Below, piece after piece: positions 1 to 10,167 of a DNA stretch of 64,000 bases. Numbering within the stretch: position 1 is the stretch's first letter; each line of letters starts with the position of its first letter. Made by a program: the position numbers and the translations under genes. The notes under the pieces were generated by a model. That model was not told the DNA's origin. It saw only the letters and a program-made list of their open reading frames with translations, and made no database searches. This DNA comes from a virus (lineage: Duplodnaviria > Caudoviricetes): the IMG/VR virus record IMGVR_UViG_3300021167_000128, positions 1 through 64,000 of that record, one strand, 5' to 3'.

Positions 1-435
1 GAATTTGTACCCGGCCAGCCCGTAGCTGTCCCAGACGCCGAAGTGGTGGCCGTTGTGATAAACCTGACCATTCTTCCACGACGCCATGCCTGTATTGACC
101 GGAATCCAGCCGAGCGAATACTTGGCAGAGTTGCGATTCGATACGCGCCAGTTTAGACGGGCTTTCTTGAACTGAACCCGGCGAGTGACGTATTCCTTGC
201 CGACAGATTGAACCGTCTGCGAGTGCAGGCCAAGTTCTTTGCCCGATCCGTTCGTGTATTTCTGGATGTCGTAGTTCGACAGGAACTTGCCGCGCTCTTT
301 GATAGAGCGGGATGACAGCTCGTTGACGTAGTTCCAGACCGTGTTGACGCTACGCGCCCATTGCCGAAGCAATGGAACGTGCTTGTCCTTGATGCGGACT
401 TTTAGCGTTTTCGTAGGTTGGTCTGATTTCGACAT
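1..435 (-). CDS. tnpB: TnpB RNA-guided endonuclease, N-terminal 145 aa (partial, not in ORF track)
   Basis: Manual translation from ATG 435: MSKSDQPTKTLKVRIKDKHVPLLRQWARSVNTVWNYVNE...FKKARLNWRVSN...SLGWIP...FGVWDSYGL. This is a typical IS605 OrfB N-terminus, open to the window edge. Confidence 0.85.
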   Translation of the reverse strand, partial: MSKSDQPTKTLKVRIKDKHVPLLRQWARSVNTVWNYVNELSSRSIKERGKFLSNYDIQKYTNGSGKELGLHSQTVQSVGKEYVTRRVQFKKARLNWRVSNRNSAKYSLGWIPVNTGMASWKNGQVYHNGHHFGVWDSYGLAGYKF

Positions 436-662
436 AGCGTGTATTATCCATGCTTCAAAACAAATTGCAATGGTTGGTCTATGGATGAATTTCGTAGGGG
501 TAGGCACGTTGTCTGCGCTATGCACGTCCACTTGGTTTTCGTGACCAAATACAGGCGCAGAGTGCTGGACGGAGATGCTATCGAACGGCTTCGGGCGATG
601 TTCGCAACGGTATGCGCAGAGTTTGAGTCCCGGCTTGTTGAGATGGATAGCGCAAGTCCGGG
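1..662 (-). mobile_element. IS200/IS605-family element (divergent tnpA/tnpB), left part only; runs off window start
   Basis: Abrupt GC-rich segment holding divergent tnpB (-) and tnpA (+). The junction with AT-rich phage DNA is at 662/663, with TTAC immediately 5' on the minus strand. It interrupts a macro-domain gene. Confidence 0.85.
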
Positions 663-666
663 GTAA
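481..666 (+). pseudogene. tnpA: Truncated IS200-type Y1 transposase
   Basis: MDEFRRGRHVVCAMHVHLVFVTKYRRRVL...LVEMD stops just before the expected HUH motif. Confidence 0.85.
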
Positions 667-821
667 AAACTTCGGTATTGTTCATAAGCTTTAGGATACA
701 TAGTTTTAACTTGCAATGCAAATCCAGAACCCATAACACCCTTACAGTTACAACCGTGTGCAATAAATACTTTAAGATCTTTTACGTTAGCTAATAGATC
801 ACCATATTTATATTTAACCAT
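663..821 (-). pseudogene. Macro-domain (Appr-1-p processing/ADP-ribose binding) gene, 5' part, disrupted by the IS
   Basis: YKYGDLL...IAHGCNCKGVMGSGFALQVK macro-domain motif; the frame then runs into GC-rich IS sequence. Confidence 0.8.
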
Positions 822-1134
822 TATTCATCCTCCAGGAATGCAGAAGTAAAATCATGAATGATTTGAATAGCATGCTCCTCAATAAGAGGAAACAAAGAGA
901 ACAAATATGGCATGATAAAGATCAACTCGTTCATGATTAACTCCTTATAATTTATTTTACTCGAACAAGTATTGGACAAGCATCTGAAATTTCTTGCTTA
1001 ACCAAGTAAGAAAACTGATTATAATTAAATTCAAGTTCAGTGTCAAGCTTTATAATGCGTACTTTTGTTGGTTCTGACTTCTTACGGAAACCAATATAGT
1101 ACGTATTGAGTTCTGTATCAATATCTTGCATTTA

Positions 1135-1434
1135 TTATGCAGGAGTATTCAGTGAAGCTCGCAATGCAACTTGTACAGCTTCATACTTCTTCTTTTTCTT
1201 TTGAATGTCTCTCTTCACATCACGAATAAGGTTTAGATCATTAAAAGCAATACGAGAAGAAATATCAGGAGAATTGGGGTTACATTGCGACCATACTTTA
1301 TTTTCTACTTCTTTCATTTCTTGTTCCATTTGATTAATGGCACGAAGAGTAGCAGTTACCATTGCTCGTAGAAAGCTAATCTCCGAATCAGTAAAAGTAA
1401 CCTCGTGAAAAGAACGACCAGTATTATTTTTCAT
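1135..1434 (-). CDS. Hypothetical protein
   Basis: ORF in the leftward operon with AT-rich codons. Confidence 0.6.
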   Translation of the reverse strand: MKNNTGRSFHEVTFTDSEISFLRAMVTATLRAINQMEQEMKEVENKVWSQCNPNSPDISSRIAFNDLNLIRDVKRDIQKKKKKYEAVQVALRASLNTPA

Positions 1435-1465
1435 TTATATATATCCTTAATTTAATGTTAATAGA

Positions 1466-1657
1466 TTAGCAGTTGGAATCTTTCCACTGATTAGATGATT
1501 CCCAATCTTCTTCTTGTTCGAGAAAACTAGCAAGACCTGATGCTTCACCTGCAGTATCAATTTGTTCAAGACTGATATTCTTTTGAAGACAAAAAATAAC
1601 TACTTCATCCCAAGATTTTTTATCAACAGCAAAGACAACTTTATCTTCATAGTTCAT
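1466..1657 (-). CDS. Hypothetical protein
   Basis: Start overlaps the stop of the upstream ORF. Confidence 0.55.
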   Translation of the reverse strand: MNYEDKVVFAVDKKSWDEVVIFCLQKNISLEQIDTAGEASGLASFLEQEEDWESSNQWKDSNC

Positions 1658-1899
1658 TTGTTTTTCCTTTCGTTTATATATATATATATTACCTTATCGC
1701 GGTTTTGTAAAATAACCTCTATACAAAGAGAAATTGCAGCCCAAGTATTTATAATTGGTAGCATAAATATACAAAGCAGAAGTACATCTTCTAACGTAAT
1801 GATTCCGTACTTTTTATATTCATAATAAAACATTAATCCAACTATAAACATGCCTATAATTTGTAAATTACAATAGAAATAATTACCGTAATCATTCAA
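1654..1899 (-). CDS. Hypothetical membrane protein
   Basis: Two hydrophobic stretches; overlaps its neighbours. Confidence 0.5.
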   Translation of the reverse strand: MNDYGNYFYCNLQIIGMFIVGLMFYYEYKKYGIITLEDVLLLCIFMLPIINTWAAISLCIEVILQNRDKVIYIYINERKNK

Positions 1900-2251
1900 T
1901 CACCATGTAGTAATCTTCAAAACTTACATTAAGTTCATTATTCTTCAGTAAGCAGTTTACTGCAATTGTAAGTAGTTTGTCAAGATTCCTCTTTCGATTT
2001 TTAATGTAAGAAATATCCTCATGATAATTCCACACTTCTTCTGTATATTTGTCAGCAAGTGCAGCAATCTTACACTCTTCTGCTGTACGATCTTTGAAGA
2101 ATAGACGCTTAGTATAAGTATCTTTGCTCCAGGAACTAAACTCATTTTCAATGGTGGAAATATCATCTTGACAACGACCAATTTTATAGTGTAGCTGACT
2201 AATAAAATCTTCAGTGTTACTGATTTTAACATGACCTTTTGGATTTCGCAT
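1892..2251 (-). CDS. Hypothetical protein
   Basis: GGAGG RBS upstream of the ATG. Confidence 0.6.
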   Translation of the reverse strand: MRNPKGHVKISNTEDFISQLHYKIGRCQDDISTIENEFSSWSKDTYTKRLFFKDRTAEECKIAALADKYTEEVWNYHEDISYIKNRKRNLDKLLTIAVNCLLKNNELNVSFEDYYMVIE

Positions 2252-2336
2252 AATACCTCCAAGTAAAGCTCGACGAATCGGGCGGTTAGTTTATCAGTTT
2301 TGTAGAGTAGTTGATATTTAAAACTTTGTCAACAGT

Positions 2337-4532
2337 TTACTCTACATCATTAGAAACAGCATCAATCAGTTTCTTAGCTTCGATAATGTAATAACTATAA
2401 TCTAAATCTTTCCAATCGAAATCATCAATGTCATTACAAGTTTTTACATTCCAGTCAGTGTCAATTCCAAGCCTACGAATATCACCTCCTTCAACAAGAG
2501 GTGGCATTAACTTTACAAGTTTACCACCAATTTTGCTTGGGTAGTATCGGCAAATATTCTGCTGCTTAACATCTTCTCCATCAATCACAAGAACTAGACT
2601 AGACGAACGAGGAACCTTAGTTCTCAATAGGAAATCAAACTTATCTTCGTGCAGTCGAATAAATTCCTCATGGTCAATTTCATGAATAAGTTCAGCTTCA
2701 ACTGCCTTTGCAATTACCATTGCCGAGTGGTTCTTATGCCATCCGTGCTTCGTGTATTCGTTGTACTCATAAGCACCTTTGAGTTTTACCTTTCCCGATT
2801 CCGTTTTACTTATGTAGTTATTTACATTATTAATAAACATGACTTCGTAGTTATCGCCTTCCATTGTCAGCTTAGTAAGTTCTTCCCATTCCGATATACA
2901 CTTATCAATAATGTCTAGTTTATCTCGTTGAACCATGAATTCAAAACCATCGGTATTAGCCATCAGAATACTAGCATTACACCTTTCAATTACCGACTCG
3001 ATTAGCATTGTAAGTAGCATTTGACCAGAACAAGTAATTGACATTGTGTACTGTGGATCGTACAGAGGGCTGTACTCGTTACCGCTGTCACCGAAACTTG
3101 AGTTGAGTGCCAACTTAAGGGCAGCATTCATAGCAGAACCTTTTGGTGCCGATTTACGCATATCATACAAATCAGAATAAACCTTGCAAAACGTCTTACC
3201 TAAATGCTCCGGTGCAATATTATTTTTAATTGATAAGTTGGGGTAGAAACTTGCAACATCAAAAGTTTTAATGACTTTCGTATCATCTGAACGATGGATT
3301 CCTTTAACGGCAGCGTGCAAACCACCTTGGCCGTAGTCATAACGTACTCCATTTATAACTACGTTCAACCCTTCGGCTTCACGCCAGCAACCATAATACG
3401 ATACTTTCTGTTTGCGTTGTTTCTTTAATTTACCTACAGGTTCTCCAAATTCATTTACGGGTTGATACATAATATGATTTCCATCTTCATCAAATACCCA
3501 TTCTGTAGCTTTTAATTCTTCCTCCTTAATCCAACCTAGAGGGTGTTCGTTTAGAAAGTCATCGATGTCGTGTTGCTCCGGTTTTTGTTTGAATTTCTTT
3601 TGCTTGGTCACCATTTCGCAATACTTAGCAAGTTCCCCAAGTTCAGATTCATCAATATCAGAGAATACACCTTTAGTCTCACTGATGACTCGATTCTGAA
3701 ACCAAGTGAGTAGAGCTTGAAATTCAGGACGGTTGAACTTTACATAAGGTACGATACAGTCTTTAATTTTAATTTTATTACGCTTCGTCTGATTGATCTT
3801 ACGACCTCGCTCTGTTTGAATATAACAACTCCCTGGTTTTTCTTTTTCAAGACTGGTAATAAATAGTTGCTTACCAATCTTACCGTCATTGTAATTTGTG
3901 CAATCAAATCCGAATACTCCAGAAAGTTCTTCGCGGAGTTTCAATGCGTCGTATGAATGACAGTAAAACTTCAGAGTTTCCATAACATCGTGCTTATTGT
4001 ATTTAATCAGAATATCTTTCTGATTATCATCAAGTACAGTACCAACAGGAAACGGAAGGTCTTCAATGTTTTTACTGCGCATATTAAATTCAAGCATTTT
4101 GAGTGATGTAGAACGTGCGCGGTTGTTAAAATGGTGAATCAAAAATAGATCCACTTGTGGAACGATTACATCAGACTCCTTGATAGATTTACCAAAACGA
4201 TCATCTTTCATGGTATTGATTAAATCCATACCAACTTTATATAATTCTTTAGCTGTATATGTTACAGATTTTTCTTCTTTAAATGCTTTGCGGGATTTTT
4301 CCAGCATATAATGCAAAAGAGGATAATCGAAGTTTACATTATTAAACGCAACAAGACGATAACCTCCAGCTTTTACTTTCCTTAAAAATTCGAGTATTTG
4401 TTCACTTTCATTTTTTCTGTCGCTAATTTCAAATACACGAAGACCTTTTCCGTTTGCATACACAAAGCAAGCAGTAAAGATATTAGGATAGCATTCCAAA
4501 TCATAGATGAAATCTGTTTTAAACCATGTCAT
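2337..4532 (-). CDS. DNA polymerase with 3'-5' exonuclease, family-B-like motifs
   Basis: ExoI DLECYPN, ExoII FNNVNFD; polymerase motifs DVASFYPN, KLALNSSFG, NTDG. Confidence 0.8.
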   Translation of the reverse strand: MTWFKTDFIYDLECYPNIFTACFVYANGKGLRVFEISDRKNESEQILEFLRKVKAGGYRLVAFNNVNFDYPLLHYMLEKSRKAFKEEKSVTYTAKELYKVGMDLINTMKDDRFGKSIKESDVIVPQVDLFLIHHFNNRARSTSLKMLEFNMRSKNIEDLPFPVGTVLDDNQKDILIKYNKHDVMETLKFYCHSYDALKLREELSGVFGFDCTNYNDGKIGKQLFITSLEKEKPGSCYIQTERGRKINQTKRNKIKIKDCIVPYVKFNRPEFQALLTWFQNRVISETKGVFSDIDESELGELAKYCEMVTKQKKFKQKPEQHDIDDFLNEHPLGWIKEEELKATEWVFDEDGNHIMYQPVNEFGEPVGKLKKQRKQKVSYYGCWREAEGLNVVINGVRYDYGQGGLHAAVKGIHRSDDTKVIKTFDVASFYPNLSIKNNIAPEHLGKTFCKVYSDLYDMRKSAPKGSAMNAALKLALNSSFGDSGNEYSPLYDPQYTMSITCSGQMLLTMLIESVIERCNASILMANTDGFEFMVQRDKLDIIDKCISEWEELTKLTMEGDNYEVMFINNVNNYISKTESGKVKLKGAYEYNEYTKHGWHKNHSAMVIAKAVEAELIHEIDHEEFIRLHEDKFDFLLRTKVPRSSSLVLVIDGEDVKQQNICRYYPSKIGGKLVKLMPPLVEGGDIRRLGIDTDWNVKTCNDIDDFDWKDLDYSYYIIEAKKLIDAVSNDVE

Positions 4533-4556
4533 AACCGCTCCATATTAGCAATGAAA

Positions 4557-4580
4557 TAAGCCGGGATTTTACCCGGCTTT
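4557..4580 (-). terminator. Intrinsic terminator-like hairpin
   Basis: AAGCCGGG/CCCGGCTT stem between primase-helicase and polymerase. Confidence 0.6.
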
Positions 4581-4583
4581 GGA

Positions 4584-6347
4584 TCAGAAGTCAACTACTT
4601 GTTTAGTTTGTTCTTTCATACTTTCCACCTCTTCTGCTGTCTCTGGTTGATCTAGATAAGGATTAGCTGTAGCAAATAAATGAGTTGTACTGTGGTCATA
4701 ACGCAACCATCCTGCTTCTCCTGTATTACCTGTGCGTCTGCATTTTACAAGTTGAATTCTAGTAGCTGACTTTTTAATAGGATCTTCATTAAGTTTATCT
4801 CTAGAAATTAGAATCGTATTAAATGCAATTTGATTAATCGACGATGAACCTAACAACTGATACTCCGTAACAGAGTGAGGGTTATCTTCAGAAGGCTTTT
4901 TCATGTGGCTAATTGCACATACACAAGTATCTGTCTCTTTAGCAAACTTTAGAAGGGTATCCATGAATTGAATAATTGCGCCATTGTCACTACTATTGAC
5001 ACCCGCTTGGATAGGATCAATGATAATAACATCACAACCTTCTGCTTTAGCTAGATAGTTTAATTTATCAAAGATTTCATCAGTGCTGATACTACCCTGG
5101 TGATCTACATAGACAAATTGATTCTTTTTAGCTAAACCTTCAAAGAATTGTTGCTTTAGTTCTTTAATGTTAATAGTAGAACGATCTACAGTACGAAGAT
5201 TAATACCTGCATCTAATGAAAGCAAATCACGGACTACTTCTCGTTTAGTACCTTCAAGATACATTGCTCCAACTTTGAACATTGTGTTTTCGATCAAGTT
5301 ATATACAATGTTATTTACAACACTGGATTTACCAATTGACGTCAATGCACCTATTACCGTGATTTCACCTTTCTCCATACCACCATTCATCATTTCATTT
5401 AGATGACTCCATGCAGAAGGAAAAGGAATCTTTACATTGTTATCTTCAGCTTCAAAATCATCCCACAGTTGCTCTAGATGAAGCACATCTACTCGACTGA
5501 AAGGTACAGCCTTCCAGAAGATTTGCTTTAGTTCTGATACTTTACCTGCTTTCAGTAGATCGCAAGCATCTTTATATCCTTGTGGAAACTTTGCAATAAA
5601 CACTTTACCCGGAGATAGTAACCGTGCAGCTTCTTCAAGATAGCGCTGACCGGATTCGTCTCCATCAAATGCAAGCACAACCTTAGAAAAAGACGAAATG
5701 TATTCAAAATTAGCTTTGAATTGCTTAATAATACTACCATCGCCACAAGTAACGGAAACACATGGAGTCCAATATTCAGTACCATCCTCTTTGCCAGTGC
5801 GAAGAACTTCAGCAAAAGCCATAGCATCCTCTTCACCTGTGGTAATAACTAGATACTTTTGACCAGCTTCAAATACAGATTGACCAAACAATTCATTTGT
5901 AGCTTTACATGAACCGATAGCCGTAAATTCCTTATTAGCTGTACGCTTTTTGTACCCGACAATCTTTCCATCACAAGTAGAAGGGTAATAGCGGTCGATA
6001 ACTTCTAACGATTCATCTAGTAATGTATGGACTTCATATTTAGCCGAAGTTTGACGACCGATACCTCGACTCTTCCATCCTCGTTTCGGCAATGCTTGAA
6101 TATCAGAAAAATCCAACTTTATTTCCTTTCGTTTAGATTTTGTTTCTACTTCTTTTACACCATGTTCTTGAACTTTTTCATGAGAAAAATACTTATGACA
6201 ACTCCAACAGAATGCATCAAAAGTTTCTTCCCCTTCTTCGGATACTTTTTTATATACTGCCATAGCATCGCTACTCGGACAAGAAATACATTCAGTATGG
6301 TATAGAAGTTCCCCGTTTTCGATACTTTTATTCAATATACTCACCAA
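4584..6347 (-). CDS. T7 gp4-like primase-helicase
   Basis: Zn finger (CISC...CWSC), TOPRIM (TGEEDAM, FDGDESG), DnaB-type helicase (GALTSIGKS, IIDPIQ, ISHMKK, GSSSINQ). Confidence 0.92.
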   Translation of the reverse strand: MVSILNKSIENGELLYHTECISCPSSDAMAVYKKVSEEGEETFDAFCWSCHKYFSHEKVQEHGVKEVETKSKRKEIKLDFSDIQALPKRGWKSRGIGRQTSAKYEVHTLLDESLEVIDRYYPSTCDGKIVGYKKRTANKEFTAIGSCKATNELFGQSVFEAGQKYLVITTGEEDAMAFAEVLRTGKEDGTEYWTPCVSVTCGDGSIIKQFKANFEYISSFSKVVLAFDGDESGQRYLEEAARLLSPGKVFIAKFPQGYKDACDLLKAGKVSELKQIFWKAVPFSRVDVLHLEQLWDDFEAEDNNVKIPFPSAWSHLNEMMNGGMEKGEITVIGALTSIGKSSVVNNIVYNLIENTMFKVGAMYLEGTKREVVRDLLSLDAGINLRTVDRSTINIKELKQQFFEGLAKKNQFVYVDHQGSISTDEIFDKLNYLAKAEGCDVIIIDPIQAGVNSSDNGAIIQFMDTLLKFAKETDTCVCAISHMKKPSEDNPHSVTEYQLLGSSSINQIAFNTILISRDKLNEDPIKKSATRIQLVKCRRTGNTGEAGWLRYDHSTTHLFATANPYLDQPETAEEVESMKEQTKQVVDF

Positions 6348-6360
6348 TAACCATCATTGA

Positions 6361-6573
6361 TCATAATTTATCCTTAGTTGTATTGTAAAATCCTTCCATA
6401 ACTTCATCGTATAGGTTTTTACAATCAATAAAATATGAATACTTCTCATGTTCTACTGAAATTACAATATAGTCATCAGACTTCCAAGAATAATCATCTA
6501 ATTCTTCTGCAAAACACCAAGTATTATCTGGCCAAATAACCATATCTTCGTTGTCAGTAGGATATTTATTCAT
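6361..6573 (-). CDS. Hypothetical protein
   Basis: Short acidic ORF coupled to the RNA ligase stop. Confidence 0.55.
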   Translation of the reverse strand: MNKYPTDNEDMVIWPDNTWCFAEELDDYSWKSDDYIVISVEHEKYSYFIDCKNLYDEVMEGFYNTTKDKL

Positions 6574-7630
6574 TTTTAAGTAACCAAGTATTAGAAATTA
6601 CCTTAAAAGAAGTTACGTCACGATTATCATAACACGCATCTTCAGTCTTGAATACCCACCCTTCAATATTACTTCCATTGATTTTGGACTTTTCGCCTTC
6701 AACCATCCTTAGAAGATCTTGAATAGTTTCAACTTGAATAACTCGATTCCTTGAAATAATAGGAACATGCTTTAGTCTAAGCGCTTCAACAATACTATAT
6801 CGTTCTTCAGGAGTTAGATACCTACTATCATTTACAGAATATACATCAAATACATAGAAGTCAACCCCCTTAATTCCATACTGATTACCATTAATACCTT
6901 CACCAATAAGTTCCCCTTGGATAGCATAACCTTTCAATCCCTGGTCTTTCATCTTCTGCTCAACATTATACATCACTGCAGCTTTCCAATAAGCGTTATT
7001 CTCTTCAAACTGAAGATCTAGATTACGTGAGCATACATGAAAATTATTATCCATATCAAGATAGAACGAACAACTTGAACCGTTTAATTTTTCAGTAACT
7101 TCCCACTGTTTAGTTTTAATAAAATTAAAATGTTTAGAAAGATTCTGGATACGCTCTTGATCTGTCTTAGGGATTTCAGTATGGAAGTTACCCTTGATTT
7201 TACCACGAAGACAAGCAGGAATAGAAGGTTCCCACTTTACAACGTTTAGAGCTTCTGTTACGTCCATTCCTTCAAATAATTGCTCATTCAAACCAATATT
7301 AAAAGTAACCCAATAATTAATTCTAAATAGAATATCAGCATTGAGTGCTAGAATTAAGCCTTGGCTGAGTTCTTTACGCAGTTTAATACTACGAAGCCGT
7401 TCTCCACTAATATCTTCATAAATCTTAGGTCCATTACCTTTGGACAGGAATGGTGCAATCTCATGAGGAATCCATGAATCAATCTCAAAATAAACCACAA
7501 GTTGATCTTTAGTGAATTCACCCTTCTTAACAACAACCTGCCAATCATTAATCATGGCAAGTTCAAGAGAATCGGCATTAGTATGCGGAAGGATTTCACG
7601 AACTTTTTGAATGCTAGCCATTTTACGCAT
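6566..7630 (-). CDS. ATP-dependent RNA ligase (Rnl2-like family)
   Basis: MRKMASIQ..HTNADSLE N-terminus, FEIDS, SQGL, motif I TEKLNGSS, QGELIG, EGWVFK. Confidence 0.85.
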   Translation of the reverse strand: MRKMASIQKVREILPHTNADSLELAMINDWQVVVKKGEFTKDQLVVYFEIDSWIPHEIAPFLSKGNGPKIYEDISGERLRSIKLRKELSQGLILALNADILFRINYWVTFNIGLNEQLFEGMDVTEALNVVKWEPSIPACLRGKIKGNFHTEIPKTDQERIQNLSKHFNFIKTKQWEVTEKLNGSSCSFYLDMDNNFHVCSRNLDLQFEENNAYWKAAVMYNVEQKMKDQGLKGYAIQGELIGEGINGNQYGIKGVDFYVFDVYSVNDSRYLTPEERYSIVEALRLKHVPIISRNRVIQVETIQDLLRMVEGEKSKINGSNIEGWVFKTEDACYDNRDVTSFKVISNTWLLKNE

Positions 7631-7646
7631 ATTTAATCTTCCTTAT

Positions 7647-7934
7647 TTAGTTAATAAATAGTTTAACTTCATTAATAGGATCTGAGAATGATAAACCTCC
7701 TGAAATTGATAGCATCTCTTCTTTATTAATCTCATCTAGATTCATAACAATTACAGGTGAATTAAATCTATTTCCGTCAAAAAGTGAAATTAACTGAACG
7801 CTAGAACTACATACTTGCGCTAGGATAGCGTATCCTGCCATAGTATTAATAATATCACCAACGCTATAAGTAACTTCAGATTTATTGACGGTATTATCTT
7901 CAATAGTAATTTTAGTCATTATACATCCTCCCAA
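7647..7934 (-). CDS. Hypothetical protein
   Basis: ORF in operon; the true start is probably the internal Met. Confidence 0.5.
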   Translation of the reverse strand: MGGCIMTKITIEDNTVNKSEVTYSVGDIINTMAGYAILAQVCSSSVQLISLFDGNRFNSPVIVMNLDEINKEEMLSISGGLSFSDPINEVKLFIN

Positions 7935-8128
7935 ATAATAATTTTATTTCCAGTTTCATGGTCAATATAAGAAGCAATCTTACCGTATTCTACACCTTTA
8001 AATTCAAACATACCCAATACTGGCACCCTTGCTGCTCTTAGCTTGGATACAATATACATGCTTTCCATTCCTGGGTCAAGTTTAGATAATTCATAATTGG
8101 TTATAACTATTTTGACAATAGAGTTCAT
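7919..8128 (-). CDS. Hypothetical protein
   Basis: Overlapping start and stop with neighbours. Confidence 0.55.
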   Translation of the reverse strand: MNSIVKIVITNYELSKLDPGMESMYIVSKLRAARVPVLGMFEFKGVEYGKIASYIDHETGNKIIIWEDV

Positions 8129-8397
8129 TTAAATGAATTTCCGTAGTTATCCGTCTGTTTTATGCAAGTATTACATAGACAACAGTATTCGGAACGAACT
8201 GAATATCCTTGTTCATAACCTACAGGTTCATAATAAACTTCATGGAAGTATGTTCCTACGTTATGGGAGCATATTTCATATAGTTTATAGAGTTTGTCTT
8301 GCTCAATTTTTAACTTATCTTTAATCTTTTTAACTTTGTCTTGTTGTAAGATTACTTTATCATTGAATTCTAATTTAGGTTTCATTTTCTTTCTCAC
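8125..8397 (-). CDS. Hypothetical protein
   Basis: Overlapping start and stop with neighbours. Confidence 0.55.
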   Translation of the reverse strand: MRKKMKPKLEFNDKVILQQDKVKKIKDKLKIEQDKLYKLYEICSHNVGTYFHEVYYEPVGYEQGYSVRSEYCCLCNTCIKQTDNYGNSFK

Positions 8398-8729
8398 TGT
8401 GTTAAATATATGATATTAGATGGATCATGAATAAGTTCTAGCTGATTTTCTGCATCTGCTAATTGACTACTTAGAATTTTAATTTGTCTTTCTTTTCTTT
8501 TAATGAAACTATTAATTGCATCTTCTTTTGTTGGATATGCAAATTTTTTAGTACTGGAGGTCAGAATAAAGTGCTTTCTTGACATAGGGTTATCTCTACA
8601 AGATATTTTTTTAATCCAAACACCTTTTGGTGTTTCTTTAATTACTACATATACTTTGCAGATAAGACATCGAGTAGGATAATATCCATCATAATAGTCT
8701 GGTTCAATCCTATAATATTCTTTATTCAT
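8394..8729 (-). CDS. Hypothetical protein
   Basis: Likely start MNKEYY overlapping the ligase stop. Confidence 0.55.
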   Translation of the reverse strand: MNKEYYRIEPDYYDGYYPTRCLICKVYVVIKETPKGVWIKKISCRDNPMSRKHFILTSSTKKFAYPTKEDAINSFIKRKERQIKILSSQLADAENQLELIHDPSNIIYLTQ

Positions 8730-9684
8730 TTGCTGTTTTCCAATCTTCATAGGTTCCCCAAATACGAGAAAACGTAGGGAATCGTGGTTTATCTTTAATT
8801 CCATGTGGGAACATTTTAAACACAATTACATTACCTACAAGAATATCCTGATTTGCAAAAATATGCAAACGTTCAGGTAGCGATAGTTCCCCTGGACCTA
8901 CAGTAATTTCTTCCCCTTTTTCAATGATAGTCTTACCTGTAGAAGGAGACTTAATATCCTTGAGAAGGATACCATTAATATTACCAACTTGTCCATTTGG
9001 TTGCATATTTTCTTGGTGAGTACTACGTTCTGTATGTCCTAATTTGTTAATCTTAGCTTCATTCTGATTAGAATTTCCTTCTTCAATAGAAGTAACTAAG
9101 CATTCTTCTTCAATAAAACGCTTGACACGCCAAGATTGCATATTCTTATCTGAACGCCCCTCTTTATATTTTGCTTTAGGATTCTTTAGCATTGAACCTT
9201 CATAACCAAGTTCAATAGCTGCTGCATCAAGTTCTTCAAACTCATCTAATGAATGAATTACTGAAGTAGGAACAACCTTAATAGAAGAATCATTGAGAGA
9301 TTCTACAAGGTTCTCAAGGAGTGTTAAACGTTCTTCGTAGGGAAGATTAATAGTATGTTCTGTTACGTAGTCAAATACATACCATGTAATAATAGGTTCT
9401 CCATGCTCTCGACGGAGAGCACCAGAAGTCTCCCTACATAAGTCTAGATTCATCGGTCCAAGTTCCGTTAGGTACATTTCACCATCAAGACCTTTATACC
9501 TTTCTTGACTATACTTAGCTGTAATATATTTATTATTATGAGACTTTAGAGTACGTGCTACAAGCGTACCATCTAGATTTAGAGCACGTACACCATCTAC
9601 CTTGACTTGGTAGTAACAAGGGAATGTTATCTTAGAAGGAATCCAATCCCTTGCTTTCATTGGTTTAATTGGTTTAATTTTCAT
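8722..9684 (-). CDS. ATP-dependent DNA ligase
   Basis: Motif I QVKVDGVRA, LDGE, FD, EGSMLK, RVK; C-terminal PRFP. Confidence 0.9.
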   Translation of the reverse strand: MKIKPIKPMKARDWIPSKITFPCYYQVKVDGVRALNLDGTLVARTLKSHNNKYITAKYSQERYKGLDGEMYLTELGPMNLDLCRETSGALRREHGEPIITWYVFDYVTEHTINLPYEERLTLLENLVESLNDSSIKVVPTSVIHSLDEFEELDAAAIELGYEGSMLKNPKAKYKEGRSDKNMQSWRVKRFIEEECLVTSIEEGNSNQNEAKINKLGHTERSTHQENMQPNGQVGNINGILLKDIKSPSTGKTIIEKGEEITVGPGELSLPERLHIFANQDILVGNVIVFKMFPHGIKDKPRFPTFSRIWGTYEDWKTANE

Positions 9685-9710
9685 TTATTACTCCTTAATT
9701 AATATAATGC

Positions 9711-9884
9711 TCACAGCATAGAGTGTACGTCGTCTAGACCTGTAAGCAAACCATCAAAGTCTTCCTCTGCACCTAGAGTATCCGCTAGCAGCATTACAGT
9801 GTCAAGATGAACATCATATTCTTCTGCTAGGGATTCCAAGTATTCCATCCTGGACTCATAACCATGTTCTTGATAAGTGTTCAT
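9711..9884 (-). CDS. Small conserved-looking phage protein (57 aa, not in ORF track)
   Basis: MNTYQEHGYESRMEYLESLAEEY...EEDFDGL, with GAAGGAG RBS and an upstream TTGACG-17-TAGACT promoter. Confidence 0.65.
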   Translation of the reverse strand: MNTYQEHGYESRMEYLESLAEEYDVHLDTVMLLADTLGAEEDFDGLLTGLDDVHSML

Positions 9885-10138
9885 TAGTGTTTTCTCCTTC
9901 AGTTAAGTTCAACTAAGTCTAGACTAACTTCTGCATAACGTCAAGAGTACCTTCAAGATAACCTACAACACCTCTACGGCTTGAATACAGCCCGTTTGAG
10001 CTGTGTTATACGCTGGTTGGTACTTGCATAGCCTATACACCTTAAAATTGATTGTAGAGAGTTCTAGAGGCTTCTGCTAGGTGTTAAGTTAGTATTCATT
10101 CTACGCTCTACGTTCTAGTTGTCAACAAGAAGTTTAGC

Positions 10139-10167
10139 TTGACTTCTAGAAGTTTGTACCTTAGACT
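10139..10167 (+). promoter_or_regulatory. Sigma70-like promoter, rightward; divergent from a leftward promoter near 10100-10126
   Basis: TTGACT-17bp-TAGACT. Confidence 0.6.

Noticed and set aside
341-763. ORFs 341-544, 578-763 and the read-through of 444-821 beyond 663
   Set aside because: Shadow frames of IS sequence; the macro-domain frame continues into the IS only by chance.
1957-2262. 101-aa ORF overlapping 1892-2251 in another frame
   Set aside because: The overlapping frame has the clear GGAGG RBS and operon coupling; this one has neither.
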